From positions 230,952 to 294,951 of the forward strand of contig CAYSAQ010000002.1 in the NCBI GenBank assembly GCA_964429235.1: a stretch of DNA of 64,000 bases, written 5' to 3'. This DNA comes from an uncultured Candidatus Marinamargulisbacteria bacterium (GTDB lineage: Bacteria; Margulisbacteria; Riflemargulisbacteria; GWF2-35-9; DYQY01). The translations under genes were made by a program, and so were the position numbers. Shown in pieces: positions 27,845-36,612 of the stretch (its first letter is position 1; each line of letters opens with the position of its first letter). Under the pieces are notes generated by a model that was not told the origin of the DNA, ran no database searches, and worked only from the letters and a program-made list of their open reading frames with translations.

Positions 27845-29332
27845 ATGAAAATATCTTTTATATTCACACCTTTTTGTGCACCAACTTTTGTTCCTTATTA
27901 TCTTTGTGAGTTGATTGGTTATTTGTACGCAAGAGGTTTGGATGCTGACTGTTCTATTTTTGATTGGAATATCGAACAGTTTCAAAGAAGTTTGGGAGAT
28001 TTGGCTGAGGTAAAAAGAATAAAGTCCGGTGATTGGAGTAGTTATCTTGATGATAGCTATAGGGTCGCTCATCAGTGGCAAAGAATACAGGAGAAAACAG
28101 AGCTGGAGCTGGAAGCATATTTGAGAAGAGCAGGAAGTGTTCCATCAATTTTTGCCATGGTTGATGAAGAGATAGAATTTTCAGAGTTTGTTTGTTTGTC
28201 GCTTACATTTAACCACAGAGGTGGTGCATCACAGTTTTACCCAACAATTGCGTTAGCTAAATACATAAAAAATAAATGGCCAGAAAAGAAAATAATTCTT
28301 GGAGGAGCATATTTAAACCATATTGGCCGAGAGCAATTAATTAAAATATTTACCGAAATTGACTTTGTTTTATATAGAGAAAGTGAAGAAAGTTTGTTTT
28401 TATTACTTAACGAGACGGAAACAAACAAACAATTAATCCCTAATATGGTTTTCCGAGATAAGGGCAATATTATTACAACCGAACAAGTGGATAATGTTCA
28501 GCGGCAATTAGACTATGTGCCAATATTTGAGGGCATAGAGTTTGATAAATATTTGTCGCCAGAAACTAGTGTTGCTATTCAATATAAAAGAGGTTGTGAT
28601 TGGGGAAAATGCACTTTTTGTTCGCAGAATAATACATATTTCTTGAAACCAGAAGTTAATCAACAAGGCTTTACTAAAAGAGTAGAGGCTTTAAAGAAAG
28701 AAGGGGTTAAGTTTTTGTTTTTGGCAGATCAGATGATTTCACCCAAAGACCTAGCGTTTATTAATTCTGTTTTGGGCGATAGCTTTTTTTGGGCGTGTAT
28801 GATGATGCCGCAGAAGGGCATATCCGGGCAATTGCTAGAAGAAATGTATGCGTCTGGATGCCGGTGGATATGTTGGGGAATAGAATCCGGCAGTAAGGGT
28901 GTTTTGAAAAGCATGAATAAGCCAATGGATATAGAAGTAGCGAAGGCAAATATTATAAATGCTAGCCAATCAGGGATAAAGAATGTTCTTCTGATGATAG
29001 ATGGATTTCCCACAGAGACAGAAGAGGATAGAAAACAATCGTTAGATTTTTTAAAAGAAATGAAACCATATTATTATGATAATTCGCTTAGTCCTTTTCA
29101 TGTATGTCAGGGTTCTTATGTGCAAAATAACCCTGCAGAGTTTGGCATAGAGAAATTATCACGTGTTCCTATCTATAAAGATGATGAGAAAATATTATAT
29201 TCAGAACTGTACTCGTATTCCCCAATGAAAAACATTGAAGTTAATAATGAGGATAGGCGGACAATCCCTTATGCAGAACATATGCTGATTGCTTGCACTC
29301 TTTATAGTGATTTGGCAGTATTAGAACTATGA
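27845..29332 (+). CDS. B12-binding domain radical SAM protein
   Basis: 495 aa. N-terminal about 240 aa has a B12-binding-like layout, followed by the radical SAM cluster CDWGKCTFC. Confidence 0.75.
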   Translation: MKISFIFTPFCAPTFVPYYLCELIGYLYARGLDADCSIFDWNIEQFQRSLGDLAEVKRIKSGDWSSYLDDSYRVAHQWQRIQEKTELELEAYLRRAGSVPSIFAMVDEEIEFSEFVCLSLTFNHRGGASQFYPTIALAKYIKNKWPEKKIILGGAYLNHIGREQLIKIFTEIDFVLYRESEESLFLLLNETETNKQLIPNMVFRDKGNIITTEQVDNVQRQLDYVPIFEGIEFDKYLSPETSVAIQYKRGCDWGKCTFCSQNNTYFLKPEVNQQGFTKRVEALKKEGVKFLFLADQMISPKDLAFINSVLGDSFFWACMMMPQKGISGQLLEEMYASGCRWICWGIESGSKGVLKSMNKPMDIEVAKANIINASQSGIKNVLLMIDGFPTETEEDRKQSLDFLKEMKPYYYDNSLSPFHVCQGSYVQNNPAEFGIEKLSRVPIYKDDEKILYSELYSYSPMKNIEVNNEDRRTIPYAEHMLIACTLYSDLAVLEL

Positions 29333-30027
29333 AATTATTTTTTACTAGGTTAGGGAAACGAGAACGTCATGTTTTAGACGGAATAACTTCTTTAGAAGTA
29401 CGGGAAGCTAGAGTTTTAAAGACATCAACATATTCAAAAGTTCTAGTGAGTAAAAAATTACGTATAGTTTTAAAGGTTTATAAAGATAAGAGCATGGCCC
29501 ATAAAGTACTTAAAAAATATAGATATCTTGAAAGAAGAAGATTAGATAAGTTTTTTGTAAAAATGTATGGACTAGTTGAGATAGATAACGAGTGGATAAT
29601 TGTTATGGACTATTTGGGAATAAGCTCAAGTAGTGAAAGCTTGAAGTCGATGTATGATATGGATCAGAAGAAATGCATAAGGATGATAAGTAAGGCAATA
29701 AGGGCAACGAATAGTAGTGGCTTTTTTCATGGTGATTTAGATCATTTTGGCAACTGGTTTGTTTATGAAGGTATGCCAGTTTTTATAGATATAGATAGAT
29801 CACAGATAGTTAGGTTTAATGTTTTTAAGCGCGTGTATTTTTCTGTTGAGGATAGGATAGGAATTTGTTTAGCATTTCTTATTATCTTTGGTAAAAATAA
29901 AGGTTTCAGGTATGCGAAGCAACTGATCCTTAGATACAGTTTGTTCTCTTTTATTTGGTGGCCATTAGTAGCTGAGTCGCTTAAAAGGTGGTTAATTAGT
30001 CAAAGGTTTTTTAAGATAGAAGACTAG
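29329..30027 (+). CDS. small atypical kinase-like protein (Kdo kinase / RIO / Bud32-like fold)
   Basis: 232 aa with IVLKVYKDK (beta-3 Lys-like), WIIVMDYLG (hinge-like), FFHGDLDHFGNWFV (catalytic-loop-like) and FIDIDRS (DFG-equivalent). ATGA overlap with the radical SAM gene. Confidence 0.5.
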   Translation: MKLFFTRLGKRERHVLDGITSLEVREARVLKTSTYSKVLVSKKLRIVLKVYKDKSMAHKVLKKYRYLERRRLDKFFVKMYGLVEIDNEWIIVMDYLGISSSSESLKSMYDMDQKKCIRMISKAIRATNSSGFFHGDLDHFGNWFVYEGMPVFIDIDRSQIVRFNVFKRVYFSVEDRIGICLAFLIIFGKNKGFRYAKQLILRYSLFSFIWWPLVAESLKRWLISQRFFKIED

Positions 30028-30126
30028 CTTCCCTTTTTACTATCATATCCGCAGATGTTTAAAAATCACTAATGTGGGCTTAATATTTAATGTTAAGAAG
30101 ATATATATGTTAAAGGGGACAAAATT

Positions 30127-31317
30127 ATGACAGGAGCATTATCATTAGATTCAGCAGCATCTAGCAATAGTGTAGCTAGTGTAAACTTACCTACATCAAA
30201 CCCTAAAGATGAACTTTTTGAGAAAAGTGATATTCCATTTGTTCCATCTGGTAGTTTGCCGAATACAAGTCCACCAAGCACTTCAGTAATTGAGCAAACA
30301 AAACCAGAAGTATTGGCGTTTAAAGAAACTAATAAAACACCAGAAGAGTTTAAAGTTACTATTCACAATAGTGCCAGTGAAGAGACGGCAAAGAGTTTTG
30401 TTGATGTGAAAGTAAAGAATGGGTATAAAGCTGGAGAGTGGAAGGAATGGAATAGAGATTTTGCTGAAAATATTTTGGGCCTGCATGATTTGACAGATGA
30501 GGAAATTATGGATGTTGTTAAGCATTTCCAGACGTTACTATATGGGTCTATTAAAGTAGATGGGAAACTAGGGCCAGTGACTTTGATTGCCTTATCAAAA
30601 CTAATGGACATTAAAATACCAGATGATGACTGCTTTAGGTTAGCATATGACCAGAGCAATGATAGTACTCTTGAGAGTCTCACGGCAGAAGATATTCAAG
30701 CGTATGCAAGCAGAAACTATAGTAAGGCATTGGCTTCTTATTTGATAGAAGAAGAAGGGTTTGATGCAAGACCTGATAATCCAGGCGTTGCAAGTGGAGC
30801 TACTATTGGCCATGGGCTTGATTTGAAGTTTGCAAGTTTAGGAGATTTAGCATTAATCAAGAAGTTAGGGCTATTGCCACCAGCAAAAGCAGACTGGCTT
30901 ATATCTTATAAAAAAGGAGAGAAATCTTTGGAAGGGTTTGTATTAACAAGGTCGGAAGCAAGGGCAGTATTGGATAAGATTACTATTCCTAAATTTACTA
31001 GGTTAGCTGAAAACTGGATTGGCAAAGAAAATTTTGATGTATTACCTCAAGAGAAAAAAATTGCGTTGATTGGGTTAGTTTTTAATAGAGGGACTAGGAT
31101 ATCAGGTTCAACTAGAAAAGAAATGGCAGCAACTAGAGGGATTCTAGGAAATCTTTCATCGCTTGATTCGTCAGGTAAAGCAGCTGCATATAAAGAAGTT
31201 TCGTCACAAATAAAACAAATGAATGTCACCATGGCCTCAAGATGGGCTAAGGCAAGAGGGCTGTTTGCTAGAAGAAATAGAGAAGCCTCAATGTTTAATT
31301 TAAACACATATACTTAA
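30127..31317 (+). CDS. peptidoglycan-binding domain plus GH24 (phage-type) lysozyme-like protein
   Basis: 396 aa. Ser/Thr/Pro-rich N-terminus without signal peptide, a PG_binding_1-like segment (VKHFQTLLYGSIKVDGKLGPVTLIAL), then T4-lysozyme-like motifs EEEGFDARPDNPGVASGATIGHG, KKIALIGLVFNRG and SRWAKARGLFARRNRE. Confidence 0.55.
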   Translation: MTGALSLDSAASSNSVASVNLPTSNPKDELFEKSDIPFVPSGSLPNTSPPSTSVIEQTKPEVLAFKETNKTPEEFKVTIHNSASEETAKSFVDVKVKNGYKAGEWKEWNRDFAENILGLHDLTDEEIMDVVKHFQTLLYGSIKVDGKLGPVTLIALSKLMDIKIPDDDCFRLAYDQSNDSTLESLTAEDIQAYASRNYSKALASYLIEEEGFDARPDNPGVASGATIGHGLDLKFASLGDLALIKKLGLLPPAKADWLISYKKGEKSLEGFVLTRSEARAVLDKITIPKFTRLAENWIGKENFDVLPQEKKIALIGLVFNRGTRISGSTRKEMAATRGILGNLSSLDSSGKAAAYKEVSSQIKQMNVTMASRWAKARGLFARRNREASMFNLNTYT

Positions 31318-31426
31318 CTATACAAGTTTCCTTCTATAAATCACGTTATCTAATATGGGTATAACTATGTTTAAAATCAGAGTATTTTGGGCACAATAAC
31401 TATATAAGATAAGGAGGTTGGATAAG

Positions 31427-32512
31427 ATGGCAGTAGGTATGAATACAAACACACTAACTTCGGCGAAGTTTAGAAAACCATCAGAAACCACTATCGAAAG
31501 TCTAGCGACGGTAAAGCCCGGGCCAGCAAATAAGGGGCTTGGAGCAACTAGTGCAGGAGCCGTATTCCTGCCAGTGCCTGGATTAAAAATTGCACAAACA
31601 ACTCCTCAAGAATTGCAAAAGCATGAAACAGTTACAAAAATAAATGCAGGAATTGAAGGTCTATGGGATGGCTCTAACGAAGTTGGGCCAAATGTAAAAG
31701 CATTTATAGCATCTAAAGTTGATGGATTTAAAGGAGCGGCTGGTCGTGAAGAGTGGCAGAGTTGGGGCAAAGAGTTTGTAGAAGCGATGGCTGCAGATTT
31801 AAAAATGTCTCCTGCTGAAGTTGAGGCGCTATCTCCTGCCGATATCTCTAAGTTGGTTGAAACGTTACAATCACAAATTAGCGCAACATGGCAGGTCAGT
31901 TTGTTTGGTCCTGATACATTGATGCATTTAGCTAAAAGGTTAGATAGTACACATGACGGTTTCTTAAATAATCTTAAAACAGACTTAAGCTCAGAAGCTG
32001 CAAAGACTTTTGATAGCAAATGGACAAAGATAACAAATTTTTATAAAGAGATAACAAAATTTGATAATCATTCAAAAGAGGATTTAGTAAAGTTTAATAA
32101 AGCAACTGTTCCATCTACAGATAAAGGTAGTCGATTAGCAAGCGTAGCTAGGCAAGTAGCCTCAGAAATGCCTGGTATTGGAAGATGTAAAAAGGGAGTT
32201 CGATTAGCTTTTGAAAAAGCAGGATTTGGAACAATTGCTGGATTGTCAGCGTATATGGCAGCCCCACAGTTAGCAAAAAGAGGTGGTTTTTCAGAGGCGT
32301 CTGTTAGTAGAAACCAATTGAAACAACTTCCAGCTGGAGCTGTTATTGTTTGGAATAAAGGAAGAATAGGCGGGGGCCGTTTGTCCTCTGCAGGGTTAGA
32401 GCACGGTCATATAGAAATATCATTAGGCAATGGTGGCGAGTTTGCATGCGATTATCAAGGAAGTGTTAATCCACAAAGAGCTCAAAGCTATAGAGTATTT
32501 ATTCCTAAATAA
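31427..32512 (+). CDS. hypothetical protein with C-terminal papain-fold (CHAP/NlpC-P60-like) amidase or peptidase domain (tentative)
   Basis: ATG at 31427 with aaggagg 9 nt upstream, preferred over the track's TTG at 31418. C-terminal GRCKKGVRLAFEKAGFG...AGAVIVWNKG...EHGHIEISLGNGG matches a Cys...His papain-like arrangement; N-terminus is S/T-rich with no signal peptide. Confidence 0.4.
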   Translation: MAVGMNTNTLTSAKFRKPSETTIESLATVKPGPANKGLGATSAGAVFLPVPGLKIAQTTPQELQKHETVTKINAGIEGLWDGSNEVGPNVKAFIASKVDGFKGAAGREEWQSWGKEFVEAMAADLKMSPAEVEALSPADISKLVETLQSQISATWQVSLFGPDTLMHLAKRLDSTHDGFLNNLKTDLSSEAAKTFDSKWTKITNFYKEITKFDNHSKEDLVKFNKATVPSTDKGSRLASVARQVASEMPGIGRCKKGVRLAFEKAGFGTIAGLSAYMAAPQLAKRGGFSEASVSRNQLKQLPAGAVIVWNKGRIGGGRLSSAGLEHGHIEISLGNGGEFACDYQGSVNPQRAQSYRVFIPK

Positions 32513-33025
32513 CTATCCGCTATAGGTCGGAGCAGCTTTAGGAGATTTCATCTTTTTCACATTATGATAATAATCGTAAGTAAGCGTTGTCGCATCAGAT
32601 AAAGTCTTACAGCTTTGTATTTCTCCAATAAACATAGTATGAGTCCCTATATCCATCTGATTCACTACCTTGGCATCCATTACAGAAACTGTGTTTTCTA
32701 AAACAACAGGAGAGCCGGTACAAGCTATTTCATGTTTTGTGTCTGCAAATTTATCAATATCTCTACCACTCTTGAATCCAAATTTACCAATAAAAGGAAC
32801 TGGGGTTTCTTGATCTAATACTGAGATTCCAAAAGAACCAGTTTTAGATATATATTCGTGTGTTAGGTTTTCTTTGTTGATGCAGGTAGCTATCCTTGGT
32901 GGTTCAGCTGTTACCTGGAACACAACAGTTGCTATTTGTCCGTTTATTTTGCCTTCGCCATTTGCGGCTCCTACAATATAGACGCCGTATCCTAATTTAA
33001 ATAGAGCACTATGATCCATTTTCAT
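32513..33025 (-). CDS. flavin reductase family protein
   Basis: 170 aa with flavin-reductase-like core (YGVYIVGAANGEGKINGQIATVVFQVT...). Confidence 0.75.
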   Translation of the reverse strand: MKMDHSALFKLGYGVYIVGAANGEGKINGQIATVVFQVTAEPPRIATCINKENLTHEYISKTGSFGISVLDQETPVPFIGKFGFKSGRDIDKFADTKHEIACTGSPVVLENTVSVMDAKVVNQMDIGTHTMFIGEIQSCKTLSDATTLTYDYYHNVKKMKSPKAAPTYSG

Positions 33026-33540
33026 TATATTGTAACTCCAGCAGGAGGATTGAAGATTCTTGAAGCTAGTTCTTTGTCTATCATGAACAGGCCTCCACTA
33101 TCTTTGCCGATAAGTTTTAGGCTTTGTATAATACCGTCTGCAGTAGACTCTTCTTCTACTTGTTCATCAATAAACCATTGAAAAAAGCTTGTGCTTGCAT
33201 GGTCCTTAAGCTCAATAGCTAAGTTCATAAGGTTATTGATTTTTTCTGTTACTATTCTTTCATGGGCCAAAGCGTCTTCAAAAGCAGCAAGAGGAGATTT
33301 CCATTTGTTTTGTGGACCGTTGATTCCCGTTAAAGTTATTTTTCCACCACGTTCTAGAACATAGTCATAGAATTTTTTAGCATGAGACTGTTCTTCCATT
33401 ACTTGTACTTTCATCCAATTGGCAAAACCGTTTAGGTTTAAACTTGAGAAGTATGCTGCCATTGCAAGGTAAAGATAAGCTGAAAATAGCTCGAAGTTTA
33501 TTTGGTCATTAATGGCTTTTTCTATTTTTTTATCTAACAT
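33025..33540 (-). CDS. ferritin (non-heme)
   Basis: Ferritin-like di-iron helices (NFELFSAYLYLAMAAYF...VMEEQSHAKKFYDYVLERGG). I prefer the second Met (MLDKK, at 33540) because a ggagg SD precedes it on the coding strand; the track start is 33561. Confidence 0.85.
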   Translation of the reverse strand: MLDKKIEKAINDQINFELFSAYLYLAMAAYFSSLNLNGFANWMKVQVMEEQSHAKKFYDYVLERGGKITLTGINGPQNKWKSPLAAFEDALAHERIVTEKINNLMNLAIELKDHASTSFFQWFIDEQVEEESTADGIIQSLKLIGKDSGGLFMIDKELASRIFNPPAGVTI

Positions 33541-33567
33541 TTTTTGTTCCTCCAGCCTCACCCCCGG

Positions 33568-33589
33568 CCCCTCTCCTTCAGGAGAGGGG
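33568..33589. repeat. GC-rich perfect hairpin (9-bp stem) in a divergent intergenic region
   Basis: cccctctcc-ttca-ggagagggg lies immediately upstream of the ferritin start and is not a terminator by position. Confidence 0.5.
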
Positions 33590-33653
33590 GGAGAGAAAGT
33601 TCTTTTTCTTTTATTGTAGTGATTTAAATTTGAGATTCAAGTAAATTCTTTTA

Positions 33654-33695
33654 GCTCCCTCACTGAGGGGGATGTCGCAAAGCGACAGGGGGAGC
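33654..33695. repeat. compound GC-rich palindromic element
   Basis: gctccct...ccctca-c-tgaggg (33657-33669) and tgtcgc-aaa-gcgaca (33672-33686) are enclosed by gctccc/gggagc arms, about 45 nt upstream of the mfd-like start. Confidence 0.45.
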
Positions 33696-33739
33696 TATTA
33701 TTTGCCATTCACCCACATAACATATACAATAATTCAGCT

Positions 33740-35815
33740 ATGAAACTTCAGGTAGGCGTAAATGTAGATGTAGATTTAATAATAGAAGAGCTAGAGAATT
33801 ATAAATATTCTAGAGTTACCTTGGCTCTTAGTCCTGGTGATTATGCTATTAGAGGAAGCATTATAGATGTATTTCCTTCTAATCAAAATGTTCCTATTAG
33901 AATCGAGTTGTTTGATACAGAGATAGAAGATATCAGAACATTTGAGCCAACATCACAGCGATCCCTGACAAAGCTTAAAAATATTGAGATCAACCCTTTT
34001 GATAAGAATGTAAAGCATCATGATCATATTATCCCGCATGAAATATTATTTGATTTGAATCAAGGAGATAAGGTTGTTCATATCAACCATGGTATCGGTA
34101 TTTATCAAGGGCTAAAGAGGCTAAAGTTTGGTAAATATGAAGGCGAATATGCGGTAGTTGAGTATCAAGAAAATGACAAAATATATATCCCAATAGAACA
34201 GCTTACAAGAATTTATAAATTCTCTGGCGGGGTAGACCCTAAGGTTAATTCTTTAAGAGATAAACAATGGGAGAAGACTCAAAAAAAAGTTAAGAAGGTT
34301 GTAAAAGATGTAGCCAAAGACCTTTTTTATTTATATAAGAATCGTAAGCTTAATGAAGGGTTTTCTTTTGCTGAGGATAGCGAGATGTCTATACAGCTTG
34401 CAGAATCTTTTCCATTTAAGGAAACCAGAGACCAACAAAAGGCAATTGATGATGTTAGAAAAGATATGGAGTCTGCCAAAGTAATGGATAGGCTTATTTG
34501 TGGAGATGTTGGGTTTGGTAAAACAGAAGTAGCAATACGAGCAGCACTTAAAGCAGTAGAGAGTAGAAAGCAGGTCGTATTATTAGCGCCAACAACTATT
34601 CTTTCGAAGCAACATTATGAAGTGTTTAATAAGCGGCTAGGCATTCTCGGAGTTAATGTGGAGTTTCTTAATAGGTTTAAAACACGCAAGGAACAGAGAG
34701 ACACCTTGCAGAGGCTTCAGCAGGGATTAACAGACGTAATCGTGGGGACACATCGTTTGTTGCAAAAAGACGTAGAATTTGCAGATTTAGGGCTAGTGGT
34801 TATTGATGAAGAACAAAGATTTGGAGTGATGGCAAAGGAGCGATTAAAAAAGTATAGAAGCCATGTTGATGTGTTAACTCTTTCAGCGACACCGTTACCA
34901 AGGACGTTATATATGTCTATTTCTGGAATCAGAGATATTAGTGTTATTAATACCCCTCCGTTAGAGAGATTGCCGATTATTACAGAGGAACATGTATTTG
35001 ATATAGATTTTATTAAGAAGAAGATAAATAAAGAGACGCGTAGAAATGGACAGGTGTTTATCTTGCACAATCGTATTCACGACATTATTCACTTAAGGAA
35101 TCAGATACACAATGTGATGCCAGGTTTGGATATTAGAATAGGGCATGGGCAGATGAAGCCAAGAGAGCTTGAGCAGTTGATGGTTGAGTTTTATGAGAAT
35201 AAATTCCCCGTGCTTATAGCTACAACAATTATTGAAAATGGAGTAGATATCCCTAACGCTCATACTATTTTTGTAAATAACGCAGAGCATTTCGGGTTAG
35301 CACAATTGCATCAGTTGAGAGGGCGTGTTGGACGAAACCAGGTGCAGTCTTATTGTTATTTGATGTATAAAAATGCTGATAAATTTACTGATGAGGTTAA
35401 GACCAGGTTTGAGGCACTTATGGAATTCTCAACATTGGGTTCAGGGTATGATATAGCACTTAGAGATTTAGAGTTAAGAGGTATTGGGAATATTTTGGGC
35501 ACAGAGCAAAGCGGTTATATGGAAGCTGTTGGGTTTGAGTTCTATATGCATTTGCTAAATAATGCGATTGCTAAAGAAAAGGGAGTTCAGCAAAAAGAAC
35601 GACCATATATAACTATTTCATCCAAGATGCAGGCATATATTTCAGAAGATTATATTCCAGATATGAATATTCGATTGGCATTATATAAATCTATTGCGGA
35701 GCTAAGTAGTCAGAAACAGGTAGAAAGTTTGAAGCAAGAGTGTGTGGATAGGTTTGGTCCATTGCCGCATAACCTTGTTATTATGTTACAGGTTATTAGC
35801 GAAGAAGTAGTGTGA
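33740..35815 (+). CDS. mfd: transcription-repair coupling factor (Mfd)-like helicase, short form lacking the N-terminal UvrB-homology module
   Basis: 691 aa. Has the Mfd RNAP-interaction segment (GDKVVHINHGIGIYQG...KIYIPIEQL), SF2 motifs (GDVGFGKTEVA; VVIDEEQRFG; HQLRGRVGR) and the start of the C-terminal TRCF domain (LALYKSIA...DRFGPLP), then stops. Canonical Mfd is about 1150 aa. Confidence 0.8.
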   Translation: MKLQVGVNVDVDLIIEELENYKYSRVTLALSPGDYAIRGSIIDVFPSNQNVPIRIELFDTEIEDIRTFEPTSQRSLTKLKNIEINPFDKNVKHHDHIIPHEILFDLNQGDKVVHINHGIGIYQGLKRLKFGKYEGEYAVVEYQENDKIYIPIEQLTRIYKFSGGVDPKVNSLRDKQWEKTQKKVKKVVKDVAKDLFYLYKNRKLNEGFSFAEDSEMSIQLAESFPFKETRDQQKAIDDVRKDMESAKVMDRLICGDVGFGKTEVAIRAALKAVESRKQVVLLAPTTILSKQHYEVFNKRLGILGVNVEFLNRFKTRKEQRDTLQRLQQGLTDVIVGTHRLLQKDVEFADLGLVVIDEEQRFGVMAKERLKKYRSHVDVLTLSATPLPRTLYMSISGIRDISVINTPPLERLPIITEEHVFDIDFIKKKINKETRRNGQVFILHNRIHDIIHLRNQIHNVMPGLDIRIGHGQMKPRELEQLMVEFYENKFPVLIATTIIENGVDIPNAHTIFVNNAEHFGLAQLHQLRGRVGRNQVQSYCYLMYKNADKFTDEVKTRFEALMEFSTLGSGYDIALRDLELRGIGNILGTEQSGYMEAVGFEFYMHLLNNAIAKEKGVQQKERPYITISSKMQAYISEDYIPDMNIRLALYKSIAELSSQKQVESLKQECVDRFGPLPHNLVIMLQVISEEVV

Positions 35816-35827
35816 TTATTCTACTGC

Positions 35828-36553
35828 TCAGGTTCTTGGCTTAAGGTCATTTTTTAATGCCATAAAAGCTTTTAGTGTATCTTTATCAAAAGCAGATAAG
35901 CATAGTATGCTAGAGAGCATGAATTCGCCTGCTACAAAAAATTTGTTTGTATTCCATAACATCATGGCAGGAGTAGATAAAAATAGATGTAAAAGCACAA
36001 ACAATCTAATGCCATAATTTATATTTTTTAGTATGTCGGAAGAATGCAGCCGTTGTACCTTTATTTTTGGTCGTAGTTCCTCAGGTACATTTTTGATTTT
36101 AGATTCATTGCGAATCAATATTTCTTTAATGTCAGATGACGGAACATTCTCTATTCCTACTTGGTATACTGCATGAGGTTGTAAAAACCATTTTTTCCAG
36201 ATACCCGGTTTGGTCAATTGTTTTGATTCTGCTTCAATTGTTATATAGACTTCAGGTTTTTCAGAATGGCCCATGAAAAAGTGCTCTAGTTTTGAGATCT
36301 TTTCTGGATGTGTATTTAGTCCCCAAAGTCTAAGCCATGATGGAGATTCTTTTAGTAATGTTCTGTCTAGATAAGTGATTGATCGAGACTTTACTTGGTC
36401 AGTTTCCGTAATTGCTCCTACTAACTTGTCTGCCAGTACAGTGCTTGAGCGAGATGGAATAATGCCACCACTTTCTGCGATTTTGTGTAGTCGCTCAAAG
36501 CTTGTTCCAAGATATATATTTGTAGTAGTATTCGCAATAATTTTTGTACGCAT
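35828..36553 (-). CDS. hypothetical protein
   Basis: 241-aa ORF with a hydrophobic C-terminal segment and no recognisable motif. Confidence 0.45.
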   Translation of the reverse strand: MRTKIIANTTTNIYLGTSFERLHKIAESGGIIPSRSSTVLADKLVGAITETDQVKSRSITYLDRTLLKESPSWLRLWGLNTHPEKISKLEHFFMGHSEKPEVYITIEAESKQLTKPGIWKKWFLQPHAVYQVGIENVPSSDIKEILIRNESKIKNVPEELRPKIKVQRLHSSDILKNINYGIRLFVLLHLFLSTPAMMLWNTNKFFVAGEFMLSSILCLSAFDKDTLKAFMALKNDLKPRT

Positions 36554-36612
36554 AGTTATTCCTATAATTGTTTTGCTAAGTTATCGGAGTAATATTAAGA
36601 AAGTTGCAGTAG

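Noticed and set aside
30127-32512. Prophage lysis cassette as the explanation for the lysozyme-like and CHAP-like genes
   Set aside because: No holin, integrase, terminase, capsid or tail genes are in the vicinity, and both proteins carry long non-phage-like N-terminal extensions. Not fully excluded without a homology search.
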